A stretch of DNA of 64,000 bases from Octopus sinensis (lineage: Eukaryota), in NCBI RefSeq assembly GCF_006345805.1, contig NC_043006.1, positions 31,930,001 through 31,994,000 of the forward strand, read 5' to 3'. The notes below the pieces were generated by a model, which saw nothing but the letters and a program-made list of their open reading frames with translations, was not told the origin of the DNA and searched no databases. The translations under genes were made by a program, and so were the position numbers. Below are positions 39,151 to 52,202 of this stretch, piece by piece. How positions within the stretch are numbered: position 1 is the first letter of the stretch; each line of letters starts with the position of its first letter.

Positions 39151-41250
39151 TTCTATCGGATTGCATTAGGTGTAATATTACAGAAAAGTTAATAGTCTTC
39201 GGATGGGATTTAAAATAAAAGGGACTGAAATGTGCATAATCATCACTTTTGTATCATGAACAGTGATAGTGTCGAAAGAAGTACACACCCTCAATGTAGA
39301 TACATATATATATGTATACATATACAAGTGTGCGTGTGCGCACGCATACACTCATTGTCCAAAGGGCGGCAACCTTTGGATGCCTTGCCAGATTGATAAG
39401 GTCAATGATGAGTGATAATCACCTTGAACTTACGCAGGCATAAATTTTTTTAATGGCTCAAAAAAACAAAGGTACTTCTCACGACCCACTTTTAGGACTT
39501 ACGAATTTGGTGGAAAAGAAGGAAGGAGTTATTCTGAGATTTGACACCTGGTGCAAAATACCTGCCGTAGAGGGGACTTTACTAAAGCTACCCACGGACC
39601 GTGTGATAATGTTAAACCTAATGACCGATGAAGTCTTGAGAGAAAGGGAGCGGATTTAACACAGGTTGGAATTTAGGAGATGTTGGTAAAACAACTGGGA
39701 TGTCATCAGAGGAGCCATTAAGAGATAGAGAAGAGAAAATAGTCAACTGTTGGTTGCAAAGTCACATATAGGTGGTTGAGGTTTTTGTCAAATTTGGAAT
39801 TTTTACAGATGCTCATTTGTATTGAAGCTGCACCCTCTCCGCTCTGTACACAGTACTCTGTTCTGTAACAACACTAGGAGATGAAGGTAACTCAACTGGG
39901 GGATTTCGCATTAACAGGAAAAATTATTGTAGAGAGAGAGAGAGAAGAAATTCCTGAACTACTGGATGCCCACAGGAGGCTAAACATAGAAGGGACACAC
40001 AAAGGGATTAAGTCAATTACATTGACCCCAGTGCGTAACTGGTACTTATTTAATCGACCCTGAAAGGAGGAAAGGTAAAATCGACCTCGGCGGAATTTGA
40101 ACACAGAATGTAATGGCAGCCGAAATACCTATTTCTTTACTACCCACAAGGGGCCAAACACAGAGAGGACAAACGGATTAAGTCGATTACATCGACCCCA
40201 GTTCATAACTGGTACTTAATTTATCGACCCCGAAAGGATGAAAGGCAAAGTCGACCTCGGCGGAATTTGAACTCAGAACGTAACGGCAGCCGAAATACCG
40301 CTAAGCATTTCGCCCGGTGTGCTAACGATTCTGCCAGCTCGCCACCCTACTGGCCGTAAAATATTGATTGAGGATTGAAGTTTGGAGGTAGGATTGAGGT
40401 TTTGTGAGTCACATGAAAGGCTTATTAACGGATTCTCATTTATGTAGAAGCAGTGCAGTCCAAGATATATAAGTAGTATTTCTATTGGAGCGCACATTTA
40501 TTTTACAAAGGGAACTAACAATTATGCAGTAATAAAGGGGAAAGCTTTGAGAGTCAGTTTTAAACATACATGTTTGTCATGATAAACTATCTAATGATAT
40601 GGAATCTAGCATTGTAGTAAATCTGGCGTTTAGTAGTATTTCACACACACACACACACATCATCCTCATTTAACACCCATGTTCCATACTGGTTTCGGTT
40701 GGACAGATTGACAAGGACCCAATGAGTTGAAGAACTGCATCATACTCGAGTGTCTATTTTTGAACGGTTTCTACAGTTGGATGCCCTTCCTAATGCCAAC
40801 CACTTTATAATGTGCTGGGTGCGTTTTCATGTCACTGGCACTCTCAACATCACCATGGATCTTGCAAGTCAACAATCCTATGGAGAGAGAGATGCTGCAT
40901 CCGTATGTTAGATGGTGGTTAAGGTGTGGGGGAAGAGTTGATGGCTACACACATTTAGGAGAGAGAGAGTGAGAATGAATTAAAGGTACGTCCAAGGAGA
41001 TAGACAGTGATGATGAAGTCTCCAGGTGATACCTTATGTAGCAGGAATAGTAGTGGGTGGGGGTTGCAAGAATGTATAGGGCAATTTTTTTTTTGGTTAT
41101 TTTTGTTGATCCGGTCCCTTTATATCTTGGATCTTATATGTATTACTTTGTATTACTTTTTCACTGTGATACAAATAAAATTAACCAAGTATCCCCTATA
41201 TTTTCTCTTTTCTTTTATTAACTTTACATATTGTTGTCACGGCACTCTAT

Positions 41251-41616
41251 TGGTTATGACAATGAAGGTTCCAGTTGATCCAATCAACAGAACAGCCTGC
41301 TTGTGAAATTAATGTGTAAGTGGCTGAGCACTCCACAGGCATGTGTACCCTTAACGCAGTTCTTGGGGAGATTCAGCATGACACGGTGTGTGACGAGGCT
41401 GGCCCTTTGAAGTACAGGTATAACAGAAACAGGATGAAAGAGAGAGAAAATTGTGGTGAAAGAGTACAGCAGGGTTTGCCAGTACCCCCTGCCAGAGCCT
41501 TGTGGAGCTTTAGATGTTTTCGCTTAATAAACACTAGCAACGCCTGGTCTGGGAATTGAAACCGTGACCCCACGACCACGAGTCCACTGCCCTAACCACT
41601 GGGCCATTGTGCCTCC
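41251..41616 (-). mobile_element. Third tRNA-derived SINE family, near full length
   Basis: Minus strand ggaggcacaatggcccagtggttagggcagtggactcgtgg...tttcaattcccagacc (A and B boxes); 3' part shared with ~54630-54810. Confidence 0.85.
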
Positions 41617-41707
41617 ACACATGCACGCACACACACAAACATATATATATATATACATATATACATACATATATATACATATATATATACACATATATAT
41701 ATACATA

Positions 41708-42090
41708 CTAGCAGTATCGCCCGGCGTTGCTCAGGTTTGTAAGGGAAATAACTATAAAGCATTTTTAGAGAGTTATAGCCAAAAAATAGCAAAAAAATGG
41801 GAAAAAATTATGGTAAATTTTTTTTGAGAGTAAAAAAAGTTGGAGTTGCGTCCCCTAGACAGTTTGCGGTTTGTGTTTCTGATTCTCGACCCATGTCGAA
41901 TTTATCGATTTTTTTCAGAACTGGGGAAACTTTTCAAAATTTTCGCTGCGTTAGTTTTGAATTATGACATTGGGCTATGTGTGTGTCAAGTTTCATCAGA
42001 ATCGGTTGAAAGCCGTGGTCAGGGTGAGGGTACAAGCAAACAGACACACAGAAACACGCACAGACAAACTGCCGTTTATATAGAGAGAGA
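41708..42090 (-). mobile_element. Non-autonomous Helitron-like element
   Basis: A|TCTCTCTCTATATAAACGG...gagcaacgccgggcgatactgCTAG|T; shares the 3' ~100 bp with 63082-63470. Confidence 0.75.
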
Positions 42091-42103
42091 TATATATACA
42101 CAT

Positions 42104-42142
<39 letters not shown>

Positions 42143-45100
42143 GATAGATAGATATAGTGTTTGATGTGGTGTACAGATACTGTATATTGAGAAAAAGGAG
42201 GCAGTCAGAATTTTGGAAAATTCGTTATTAGCATTTTCATTTGTTGAACGTAATTCTTCAAGACAAAAATTAAAACCAAAAAAAAAAAATCATTTTTGGG
42301 TCATAATTTTTGTCTTGAAAAATTTGGTTAAACAAGCGAAAGTATTAATAAAGAATTATCGAAAATTTTGACTACCTCTTTTTTCTCAGTATATATATAT
42401 GCATGTATCATCATTTTAAATGCAATACCCTTGCTGATGGCAAGTTGGCAGAAATGTTAGCATGCTGGGCAAATTGCTAAGCAGTATTTTGTTTGTCTTT
42501 ACATTCTGAGTTTCAATTCTGCCAAGGTCGACTTTGCCTTTCATCCTTTTGGAGGTCGATAAATTAAGTGCCATTTGCATACTGGGGTTGATCTAATCAA
42601 CTGGCCCCCTCCCCCAAAATTTCGGGCCTTGTGCCTAGAGTAAGAAAGAATATCCATGCTGACCTAGATCGGCTGGTTCAAAAAAATTGCATCAAGGCAG
42701 AGGACCTATCTTTGATAGAGAATGGTACTTTATGCACAACGTCTTAATCCCTAGCAACTGTGCAGTTGTGTTTGAATAATAAATTCTGTGCTGCAAAGTG
42801 ATGCCACATGTTTTGTCTGCTCCTTTCTTTTTAAAATGTATCTTCCTCCCACTTAACGAAGAACCACTTAAAGCCATTCGTTGCTAGGCAACTACAACAA
42901 TCACTTTTGTTTCATTTACAGTTTAAGTTAGAGTTTTAGTGATAAACCAACCTGAGCACTTAGCATATATATAATATGTCATTAGATACAATTTTAACTG
43001 TACTCTAGGGTATGCCTTCTACAGCTGGGTGCAAAGAAAAAAATTAATTTCTTCACAACCAGTTCATGACTGGAGAGTCGTTATTTTACTCACATGTCTT
43101 TAAACTCATTTCAATCACTCTCTGCCACCCTCGGATTCCTCTTCTTTTCTTATAACTTTCACCTTTGCAACTGAAGTTCTCTCCATCTGTCTAACTTCCT
43201 TCCCTTTACACATGTTCTTTTACATGTCACTGCATTTTCTCTCCACCTTCTTTTCAATCACTTTATTTATTCATTCTTCTGACTTTATACCTCTTATTTT
43301 TGATATTTTTACCTTTTTTTACTCACCAACTATAACTGTTTTTCCTACCGTCCCTTTCATCTCCCCTACACCTTCCTCTGACATTACATTCGCACTGCCA
43401 CACCACCCTCCACCACACCCTGTATCCCACACTTGAACACCTCCACACACCCCAAGAAACCATCTGCACCCCACACTAGAGACACATCTTCCCCCATGCC
43501 CATCTCTCAACATGGATGCCCTCCTATATATGCACACACCACCCACTTCCTCCTGTAAGTACATATACATATATATATTGCTAAATTTTTTATGACTCTT
43601 ATTCTTTCATTCTTTCTTTCAGCCTCTTTACACTTATTTCATTTTTTCCACCCTTCTTTCTTTCGATCCCCCTCTCTCACATTTCCTGGCCTTCCTTTCA
43701 TTCTCACCTTCCTTCCTCTTTCACTTCACTCTGTCCCTTTTCTTTATTTTTTTTTCTCATCCCTCCCTAATTCTTCTATCCCTCTGCCTCTACCTCTCTT
43801 CTCTCCTTCCACCTGACCTTTCTTTCTTGGTTCGACTAGCATCCGTGCAACATCTATATTCCTTCCCATGCCAGTCATCTCTTATGTCCCTGCCGTACGG
43901 CTTCACTTCCACACACGCCAGCTTAATTTAATTCGTCCTTAGTCGAAAGACTTCTGTTGTTAATGTCCTGTTGTTTACATTTGTATTTGTACACCATTTC
44001 TCCGTTTTTTTCCTGTCCTTGTTTTCATATACATCCGCTGCTTTCTTCCAAGGAATCTAATGCTCTTAGCTTAGATTTTCCTCGGGGCTGGCCAGATTGG
44101 AGCAGTCTCGTATATAACAAGCCAAAACTGCAAAGATAATCTGGAACTCAACTGACAAAAGAAAACTCTGAATGACCCATCCTTGTTTTTTCATGTCCCT
44201 TTTTGTATCATCCAACTGTCTGGATGTTTTGTTGTTGAGTTGTTGTCCCATTTTTTGTAATGGCTGTGTGGTTAGGGGGCTTGCTTCCTAGCTACATGGT
44301 TTCGGGTTCAGTCCCACTGCGTGGCACTTTGGGCAGGTGTCTTCCACTATAGCCCCGAGTCGACCGAAGCTTTGTGATTGAATTCGGTAGGTGGAAGTTA
44401 CTGCCGTGTGTGTATGTGTGCGTATAGCTGCTCAGTGCCTCTCCGAAAGAGAGAGAGGGATATATATATATATATATCATTGTGTACAACCATACTTAAC
44501 AGGTTTGTATACATTCAGAAATTGTAAAACAATAATACACTTCTCTCAAGAGAAGGAAATTTCTTCATAGACAAAACAGGTGTTAACACACCAAGCCATG
44601 AATGATGCCACCAGACCATAGGACGCATGTGTCTCTCCATTGTTACACTACATCAGCTATGTATACTGGACCATGGTTCATGGCCACCTAGAATTGGTCA
44701 CTCTTATTAGAATAGGAAATGGTATATTTTCTGATGTGTGAGAAACTGTGTCAAATGGGAATAAATGAATTAATAATATATGTAATACAAGTAAAGCGGT
44801 AAACTGACAGTATTGTTAGCATGTTGGGTGAAATGCTTAGAGACATTTTGTCCATCTATGTTCTGAGTTCAAATCCCACTGACTTTGTCTTTCATCCTTT
44901 CGGGATTGATAAAATAAGTACCAGTTGAGTACTTGGGGGAGGGGGAGCAATGCAACCAACTTACCCCTCCTCCAAATTGCTGGCCTTGTGCAAAATTTTG
45001 AAAGTGAGTGGACAAATGAAAGAAAGTGGCACTCAACACACTTTGTAGGAATTGCTTAGTTTTTAATAAGTGTGAGTCAGCTGCATAAGAGTCAAAGTTT

Positions 45101-45330
45101 TGTTGGCACACAGAATGCATCCATCTCATCATATACCAAGAGAAGATTGAAAGACTCCAGACAAATTCAAGATGGTTTCCAGCTGTTAGGCTTCTATTGG
45201 TCAGCACAGGTCACATGATGTTAATGCTGTGGAAGTAACACCAGGCATTTTCTTTATTAGGCCTAACACATGGAATAGGACTTCATGTTATGACATGTGT
45301 GTGTGTATGTATATATATATATATATATAA

Positions 45331-45540
45331 GGCAAGCTGGCAGAAACGTCAGCACGTCGGGTGAAATGCTTACTGGTATTTTGTCTGTCTTTACGTTCTG
45401 AGTTCAAATTCTGCCAAGGTTGACTTTGCCTTTCATCCTTTCGGGGACAATAAATTAAGTACCAGTTGCATACTGGGGTCAATCTTATCAACTGGACCCC
45501 CTCCCCTAAAATTACAGGTCTTGTACCAAGAGTAGAAAAG
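45331..45540 (+). mobile_element. Second SINE family (gcaagctggcagaa... gtcgactttgcctttcatcctttcggggtcgat...)
   Basis: Copies also at ~7345-7545(-), 7572-7745(+), 28365-28565(+), 39950-40345(-, two nested), 42440-42640(+), 44800-45005(+), 56820-56950(+). Confidence 0.85.
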
Positions 45541-45553
45541 TATATATACATAT

Positions 45554-46549
45554 AGGGGCATCAAGCTGTTGGATCAGGTAATGAAGGTTACGGAGAGGGT
45601 TATAGCCCAATTAATTAGAGAGAGAGTTAGCTTAGATGATATGCAGTTTGGGTTCGTGCCAGGGAAAAGTACTACTGATGCTATATTCCTGGTAAGACAG
45701 CTGCAGGAGAAATACCTAGCCAAAGGTAAGCCCTTGTACCTGGCTTTTGTTGACTTGGAGAAAGCCTTTGACAGGGTCCCCCGATCCCTTATCTGGTGGT
45801 CAATGAGGAAACTAGGGATAGATGAATGGTTAGTGAGAGCTGTGCGAGCCATGTACAGAGACGCTGCTAGTAAGGTGAGGGTAGGCAACGACTACAGTGA
45901 AGAATTCCGGGTAGAGGTTGGGGTCCACCAAGGTTCAGTCCTCAGCCCCCTCCTATTTATCATAGTCCTCCAGGCAATAACGGAAGAATTCAAGACAGGA
46001 TGCCCCTGGGAGCTCCTCTATGCTGATGACCTTGCTCTAATTGCTGAATCACTATCAGAACTGGAGGAGAAGTTTCAGGTGTGGAAACATGGATTAGAAT
46101 CGAAGGGCCTTAGAATCAACCTAGCCAAAACCAAAGTCCTAATAAGTAGGAAGGTGGACCAACCACAAACGACTTCAGGTAGATGGCCCTGCTCGATCTG
46201 TAAAAAAGGTGTAGGTAGAAACTCTATAAGGTGCACCAAGTGTAAGCTATGGACACATAAGAGGTGCAGCAATGTCAAAGGTAGGCTAACTGGGAAGATA
46301 GTTTTCGTATGTGGCAGATGCTCAAGAGAAATAAACTCTGGAAACGTGCAGAGACCAACTTCTACCACGTTCCAGGGAGACAAACTAGAAGTAGTTGATA
46401 GCTTCCGTTACCTAGGAGACCAAGTAAGTAGCGGGGGTGGGTGTGCTGAAAGTGTAACTGCTAGAGTAAGAATAGCCTGGGCAAAGTTTAGAGAGCTCTT
46501 ACCCCTGCTGGTGACAAAAGGCCTCTCGCTCAGAATAAAAGGCAGACTG
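45554..46549 (+). mobile_element. RTE-clade LINE reverse transcriptase fragment, open frame, truncated at both ends
   Basis: QFGFVPGKSTTDAIF, FVDLEKAFDRV, GVHQGSVLSPLLF, LLYADD and FRYLG motifs without stops; C4HC3 finger at 46190-46321; homology ends at KGRL where unrelated sequence begins. Confidence 0.95.
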
Positions 46550-47078
46550 CATATTTGCTTGCAGTTAGCCTTTGAACAAAAATTAGACATTTCAACATGT
46601 CCAGAGTTAATTCATTTAATTTGAATTTTTCACACTCTCTGTTAACAACCTCAGCATTGGTGACAAAATCTTCATCCTTTTTGGCCAAATTTAAACACTG
46701 CCAGTGAGTATTGAACGGAGAACTTCTTTCACTGAAAATCTATATATATATAAAGATGAGAACATGTGTCTGTCTGTGTGTCTGTATGAATCTCTAAAAC
46801 TTGAGAACTACACAACCAATTTCATTCAAATTTTACACATGCCTTACTTAGTGTCCATGTAGTGTCATAGGCCCAAAAAATTTTTTAGCTTCTTGCCTAG
46901 TGAAAGTCCAGAGCAATATCATATCTCCTCCACTATTTCAGTATTACATGTCAAAAGTGAAACAATATCTCTCTATTGTAATGTCAGATATTTTCACTTT
47001 AATAGTTTCACTTTAATAGTGAAACTATTATCTCACATATATACATACATACATATATATAATACATATTATATATAT

Positions 47079-47400
47079 CATCATCATCATCGTTTAACGT
47101 CCGTTCTCCATGCTAGCATGGGTTGGACGGTTCGACCGGGGATCTGGGAAGCCAGAAGGCTGCACCAGGCTCCAGTCTTATCTGGCAATGTTTCTACAGC
47201 TGGATGCCCTTCCTAACGCCAACCACTCCGTGAGTCTAGTGGGTGCTTTTTACGTGCCACTTGCACAGGTGCCAGGCGAGGCTGGCAACGGCCACGGTCG
47301 GATTGGTGTATTTTACGTGCCACCGGCACGGAAGCCAGTCGAGGCAGCGCTGGCATCAGCCACGAGTCGGATAATGCTTTTTATGTACCACCAGACCAGG
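47079..47400 (-). mobile_element. RTE-tail non-autonomous element (representative copy)
   Basis: Ends in ccaacccatgctagcatggagaacggacgttaaacgatgatgatg like the RTE 3' end; copies near 570-640, 4840-5040, 19490-19720, 20125-20560, 24180-24330, 27465-27700, 28730-28960, 40660-40850, 50290-50470, 51270-51480, 55740-55920. Confidence 0.85.
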
Positions 47401-47457
47401 GATCCTGACTGGTTCAATATATATATATATAGATATACATTTGTACAGATGTATACA

Positions 47458-47507
<50 letters not shown>

Positions 47508-48133
47508 TGTATACATCTGTACAAATGTATATCTATTAGATGTATATATATATACATGTATATAGATGTATAAATATACATGTATATATATATAGATGTA
47601 TATATATAGATATAGATGTGTAGATGTATATATATATATATATATGTGTATGTAATATGTACACACATATATACACATATATACATGCATACATATATAC
47701 ACCCCCACACACACACATACTTAGGTGCAGGTGTGGTTGTGTGGTAAGAAACTTGGTTCCAAAACACATGGTCCTGGGTTCAGTCCCTCTGTGTGGTGAC
47801 TTGGCATGTGTCTTTTGCTATAGCCTCAGACCAACCAAAGCCTTGTGAGTGGATTTCATAGACAGAAAATGAAAGTAATCAATCGTATATATATGTAGGT
47901 ATATATGTAAGTCTATGTGTGTGTCTTTGTCTCTGTGTTTCTCCCTCATCACTGCTTCACAACTGCTGTTCCTTTATTTACATCCCCATAACTTACTGGT
48001 TTGACAAGAAGAAACTGATAGAATAAGTACCAGGCTTATCAAAATAAAAAAAAGCACTAGGCAGTGTCTCGTATTTTTGTTTGCCCACTCAGTTGTATCT
48101 ATCAATCTAACTTTGTGTGTTTGTGTGTGTGTA

Positions 48134-48188
<55 letters not shown>

Positions 48189-48224
48189 CACACACACACA
48201 TGTATGTATATGTGCATATTCATA

Positions 48225-48920
48225 TCTATTATATAAAAGTCAATGTCTTTATATGTTTTTGTGTGTTACTTATACATTCGAAAACTACTGCACCAATCCT
48301 AATGAACTTTGGAACACAAAATCCAAGCCTAGGGAGAAGGGTAATGCTGTATGTTTCATACAGTTTTATGGACCAAAAGTACTGAATGGATCCTTATGAT
48401 ATTTGGAACTTAGATTCAATGCATAAGGGCGGGTATAATGCAATATGTTTGGTTTGAATTTCAGATGGCTTAAAGGGGGCAGAACCCCCATGAAAATTCA
48501 TAAATTTTCGATGTTGATGAAATTTCAACCATAGGTAATTAACACACCTCAAGAAGTATTCTCCAACTCTCCACTTCTCATGAGGATTCCAAGACCCCCT
48601 AATGGAGGGGTGGGGCTTAACTCCCAAATTTTAGTCATTTTAGTACTAGGTCAAAAGTACTCAATGGATGGATCTTTATGAAATTTGGAAATTATATTCT
48701 AAGCATAAGGGCCATAACCCCCATGAAACTTCATATAATTTTGCTGTTGATGAAATTTAAACCATAGATATTAGACACAAATGAAGTAATATATCTAAAA
48801 TTTCATCTTACAAGTTAGAAAGACCCCTTCATGAGGACTTAGCACCCACAATTTAGTCATTTTATCTAAGCAAAGACGAATACAGTTGTACTCATGGAAG
48901 CTATAGGGTCACCCGAGCAT
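48225..48920 (+). mobile_element. Helitron-like 5' portion with internal ~270-bp direct repeat (similar 5' end at 46739)
   Basis: TCTATTATATAAAAG start; caaaagtact...ttcaaccatag block repeated at ~48375-48535 and ~48652-48770; 3' end not identified. Confidence 0.45.
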
Positions 48921-49080
48921 AAAAGATGAACATTATTTGTAGTTCAATGGTACAACAGTGTAAGAGTTTGCTTTGAGATATACCTAGATTGTGATTGTGC
49001 AGGTGTCTTCTACTATACCCTCAGACCAACCAAAGCCTTGTGAATGGATCTGATAGGTGGAAACTGAAAGAAGCCTATCG

Positions 49081-49111
<31 letters not shown>

Positions 49112-49358
49112 ATATACGTATGTATTTGTGTGTCTGTGTTTGCCCCCTACCATCTCTTGACAACTAACGTTGGTGTGCTTATGTCCCTGTAATTTAGTGG
49201 TTCAGCAAAAGAGACCGATAGAATAAGTACTAGGCTTACAAAGAATAAGTCCTGGGGTTGATTTGTTCGACTAAAGGCAGTGCTCCAGTATGGCTGCAGT
49301 CAAATGACTGAAAGAAATAAAAGAATACCAGGAGGATGGTGACACTACCAAACCTGAG

Positions 49359-49505
49359 AGCATGTTGTCAACTTAATGTGACAGTCCCATAAGAGGGAAG
49401 AATGCTACTATTATTTAGTCCAACAGGAAACGGTGTTTCCTAGGGCTAAATAACAGTAGCATTCTTCCCTTTTATGGTATTGTCACATTAAGCTGACAGC
49501 ATGCT
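49359..49505. repeat. ~147-bp foldback related to the 3510-3810 element
   Basis: agcatgttgtcaacttaatgtgac...aggaaac / gtttcctagggctaaat...gtcacattaagctgacagcatgct; shares atttagccctaggaaac with 3528-3545. Confidence 0.8.
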
Positions 49506-52202
49506 ATCACTTTATCATGCTGCTACTGCATAAATCTCTCTGAGAGATTTAGAAATATATTATTTCTACTACGAAACCTGTATGCTAGTTTTGGATCTCA
49601 GATATACAAAGCTGATGACACTGTTAGGCCTGGCCTGTGAATTACTCAAGAATCGCAGACACACAAGGCTGATGATACTACCAAGTCTGGATATCATTTC
49701 TGGATCCCCGACATATAAAACAAGCTGCTGACATTACCAGCTTGGCCTGTCTATTACTTGTCACTCTCAAATATATTACACTGAGGATACTGTTAAGTAT
49801 GTATATCATTTCTAAATGCTAGATATGCTTAAAAGGTTTGCAATAATTGTGCATAATTGCCAAATGTAAAAGAAACCTAGTCCTGTATTAAAAACTAATG
49901 CAATGCTTCTTTGACGATATTCAGAGCATCCAGAAACTTTTGCTCACTCTACCACTTACCACTTACAAGCTGCTAATAGAAACGAAAGGTGGATATGATA
50001 CTGGCAGCATTGTTTGGCTGATAAAGGGGCTGTGAATACCTGACATTTTAAGGACTAGGTTCTCGTGGTAATTTCTTAGTTAAGTTTAGGGTTTTAAATT
50101 TATAAAGGGAAAGCAATGAGATGATGTTTTTGTCTGTTTTGTTAGCAGGATGTGAATGAAAAGATTTGCAAACTTAGTTTATTGACAGTTTCACTTGTAG
50201 CTCTACACCATGCACCAAAAGCAGGAGAAATAATAGACTGCTTTCAAATAAGTATGTAAAGTTACCTGTCTATTCCTCCCCTTCCTCATCATCATTGTTT
50301 AACATCCACTTTCCATGAGCTGGATGGTTTGACTGAAAACTGGTAAGCCAGAGGGCTGCAACAGGTTCCAATCAAATTGGGCAAGGTTTCTATGGCTCGA
50401 TGCCCTTCCTGACACCAACCACTCCAAGAGTGTAGTGGGTACTTGTTACGTGCCATTGACCTGATACCAGCATTGATCACTACTACAGTCTCACTTGGCT
50501 TGACAGGTCAACACAAGCACGGTATTTGCCAGGAATATTGGAAGAGAACCGGACATCAACTCCTTGCCTATGAATTGAACCTGGATCAATGAGTTTAGAC
50601 ATGAAAGCAAGTTTAAATCCTCAAACAAGATTTTATCAGGGATGGATGACATCAGAAGGCAGATTAAAAACTTGTTTTTATCCAAGGCTGCACAGGCCAT
50701 GAAAACACAATAGATCCAGCAGACGCTTAACTCATTAGAATCCCAATTGTCGTAAATAGTATATTGGAATGTCATTAACAATTTTGTCTTTAGAGCCTTT
50801 TCTTTAACAGACAATTAGGAATATAGACACCATTTGCCTGGTAACTAAGCAGTGACTGTGAAACAGCTGAAGCCAACTTGTTGCTGGAACTTATGCTACT
50901 CACACATCTATGAAATTTGACGACTTCAACGACCCACTATCATTGCTAACACACACATCTCTCAAGGACATGCACAAGTGGATTCACTTGGGGTAAATAT
51001 CTCTTTTCTGCCATTCATCAAAACAAGAGCATATTTTGTTAATGATAGAAAACTATTTTTTTTTTGTATTTGGACTTCACACATATTTTGGTTCTTTTGT
51101 CAATGAACAAAAATATTTCTTCATTGCACTAAGATGAAGTGGAGATAGGCAGCAATTATGTTACCTCCTCAGAAACGCAACAAAGTTTTTCAAGGAATTA
51201 GAACTCTTGACTCAAGAATTGAGAATCTTATTTTATATACACTCAGTCATTTCTTCCCATCATCATCAACATCATCAGCATCACCATTTAACATCCATTT
51301 TCCATGCTGGCATGAGTTGGATCGTTTGACAAAGAGCTGGTAAGCTAGAAAGCTATGCCAGACTCCAACTGTCTATTTTGCCTAACACAAACCACTTTAA
51401 AAAGTGGAACTGGATGCTTTTCATGTGGCACCAGCACAGGAGCTTTTTATATAGCGCTGGCATGGGTGCTTTTTACATGGTGTTAACCACATGATAAAAA
51501 CTAGGAAACCATGGCATTCATGCCTTTCAGAATTAAATCAGTTCACACTGAGAATTAAGACAGAATCACACACACACACACACAGTGTCTGGTACTGAAT
51601 TTTGCAGGGAAGTGGAAAACTGGGAGAGTAATTTTTTCCCAAGGACATTAATCACATAATTGAAGTAGGATTGGTTGAAACAAAAATTGAAATCCGATCG
51701 CAGGCTTGGTTTGAATTTTTTTGGAGAACTTGATTCAGAAGAGTAGCACGTGTCACTAATTCACAGTTGTGTGTCTGACATGGTGGTGTAGGTGGTGATG
51801 GAGGTGGAGGTGGTGGTGGTGTAATAATAATTTATATTATTTTACTTGTCATGATATTCTTTTTAGTCTCACTCTATGGGGTGAAATCAAAGACAATCAA
51901 AATTTTGAACACCATGAATCACCTTTGAGTGGCATGGGTGGAAGCAATTTTAAACAAAGATCAAAATCAAAGACAACCACAAAACATATTGAAACAATGA
52001 AGGTTTTAAGATTTATATAATTTAGTGGGAGGCATGGTTGTGTGGGTAAGAAGATTGATTTGCAACAATGCGGTTTTAGGTTCAATCCCACTGTACAGCA
52101 ATATCTTGAGCAAGTGTCTTCAACTTTAGCCTTGGGTTGACTAATATAGTGTGAATGGATTTAGTAGATGGTAAAATTGTGTGTGTGTGTGTGTGTGTGT
52201 AT

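Noticed and set aside
39453-39659. 68-aa plus-strand ORF downstream of the GC island
   Set aside because: No recognisable motif or splice context in any frame; probably chance or decayed TE.
50491-50814. 107-aa minus-strand ORF
   Set aside because: No recognisable domain, flanked by repeats and no splice signals; cannot be assigned without a search.
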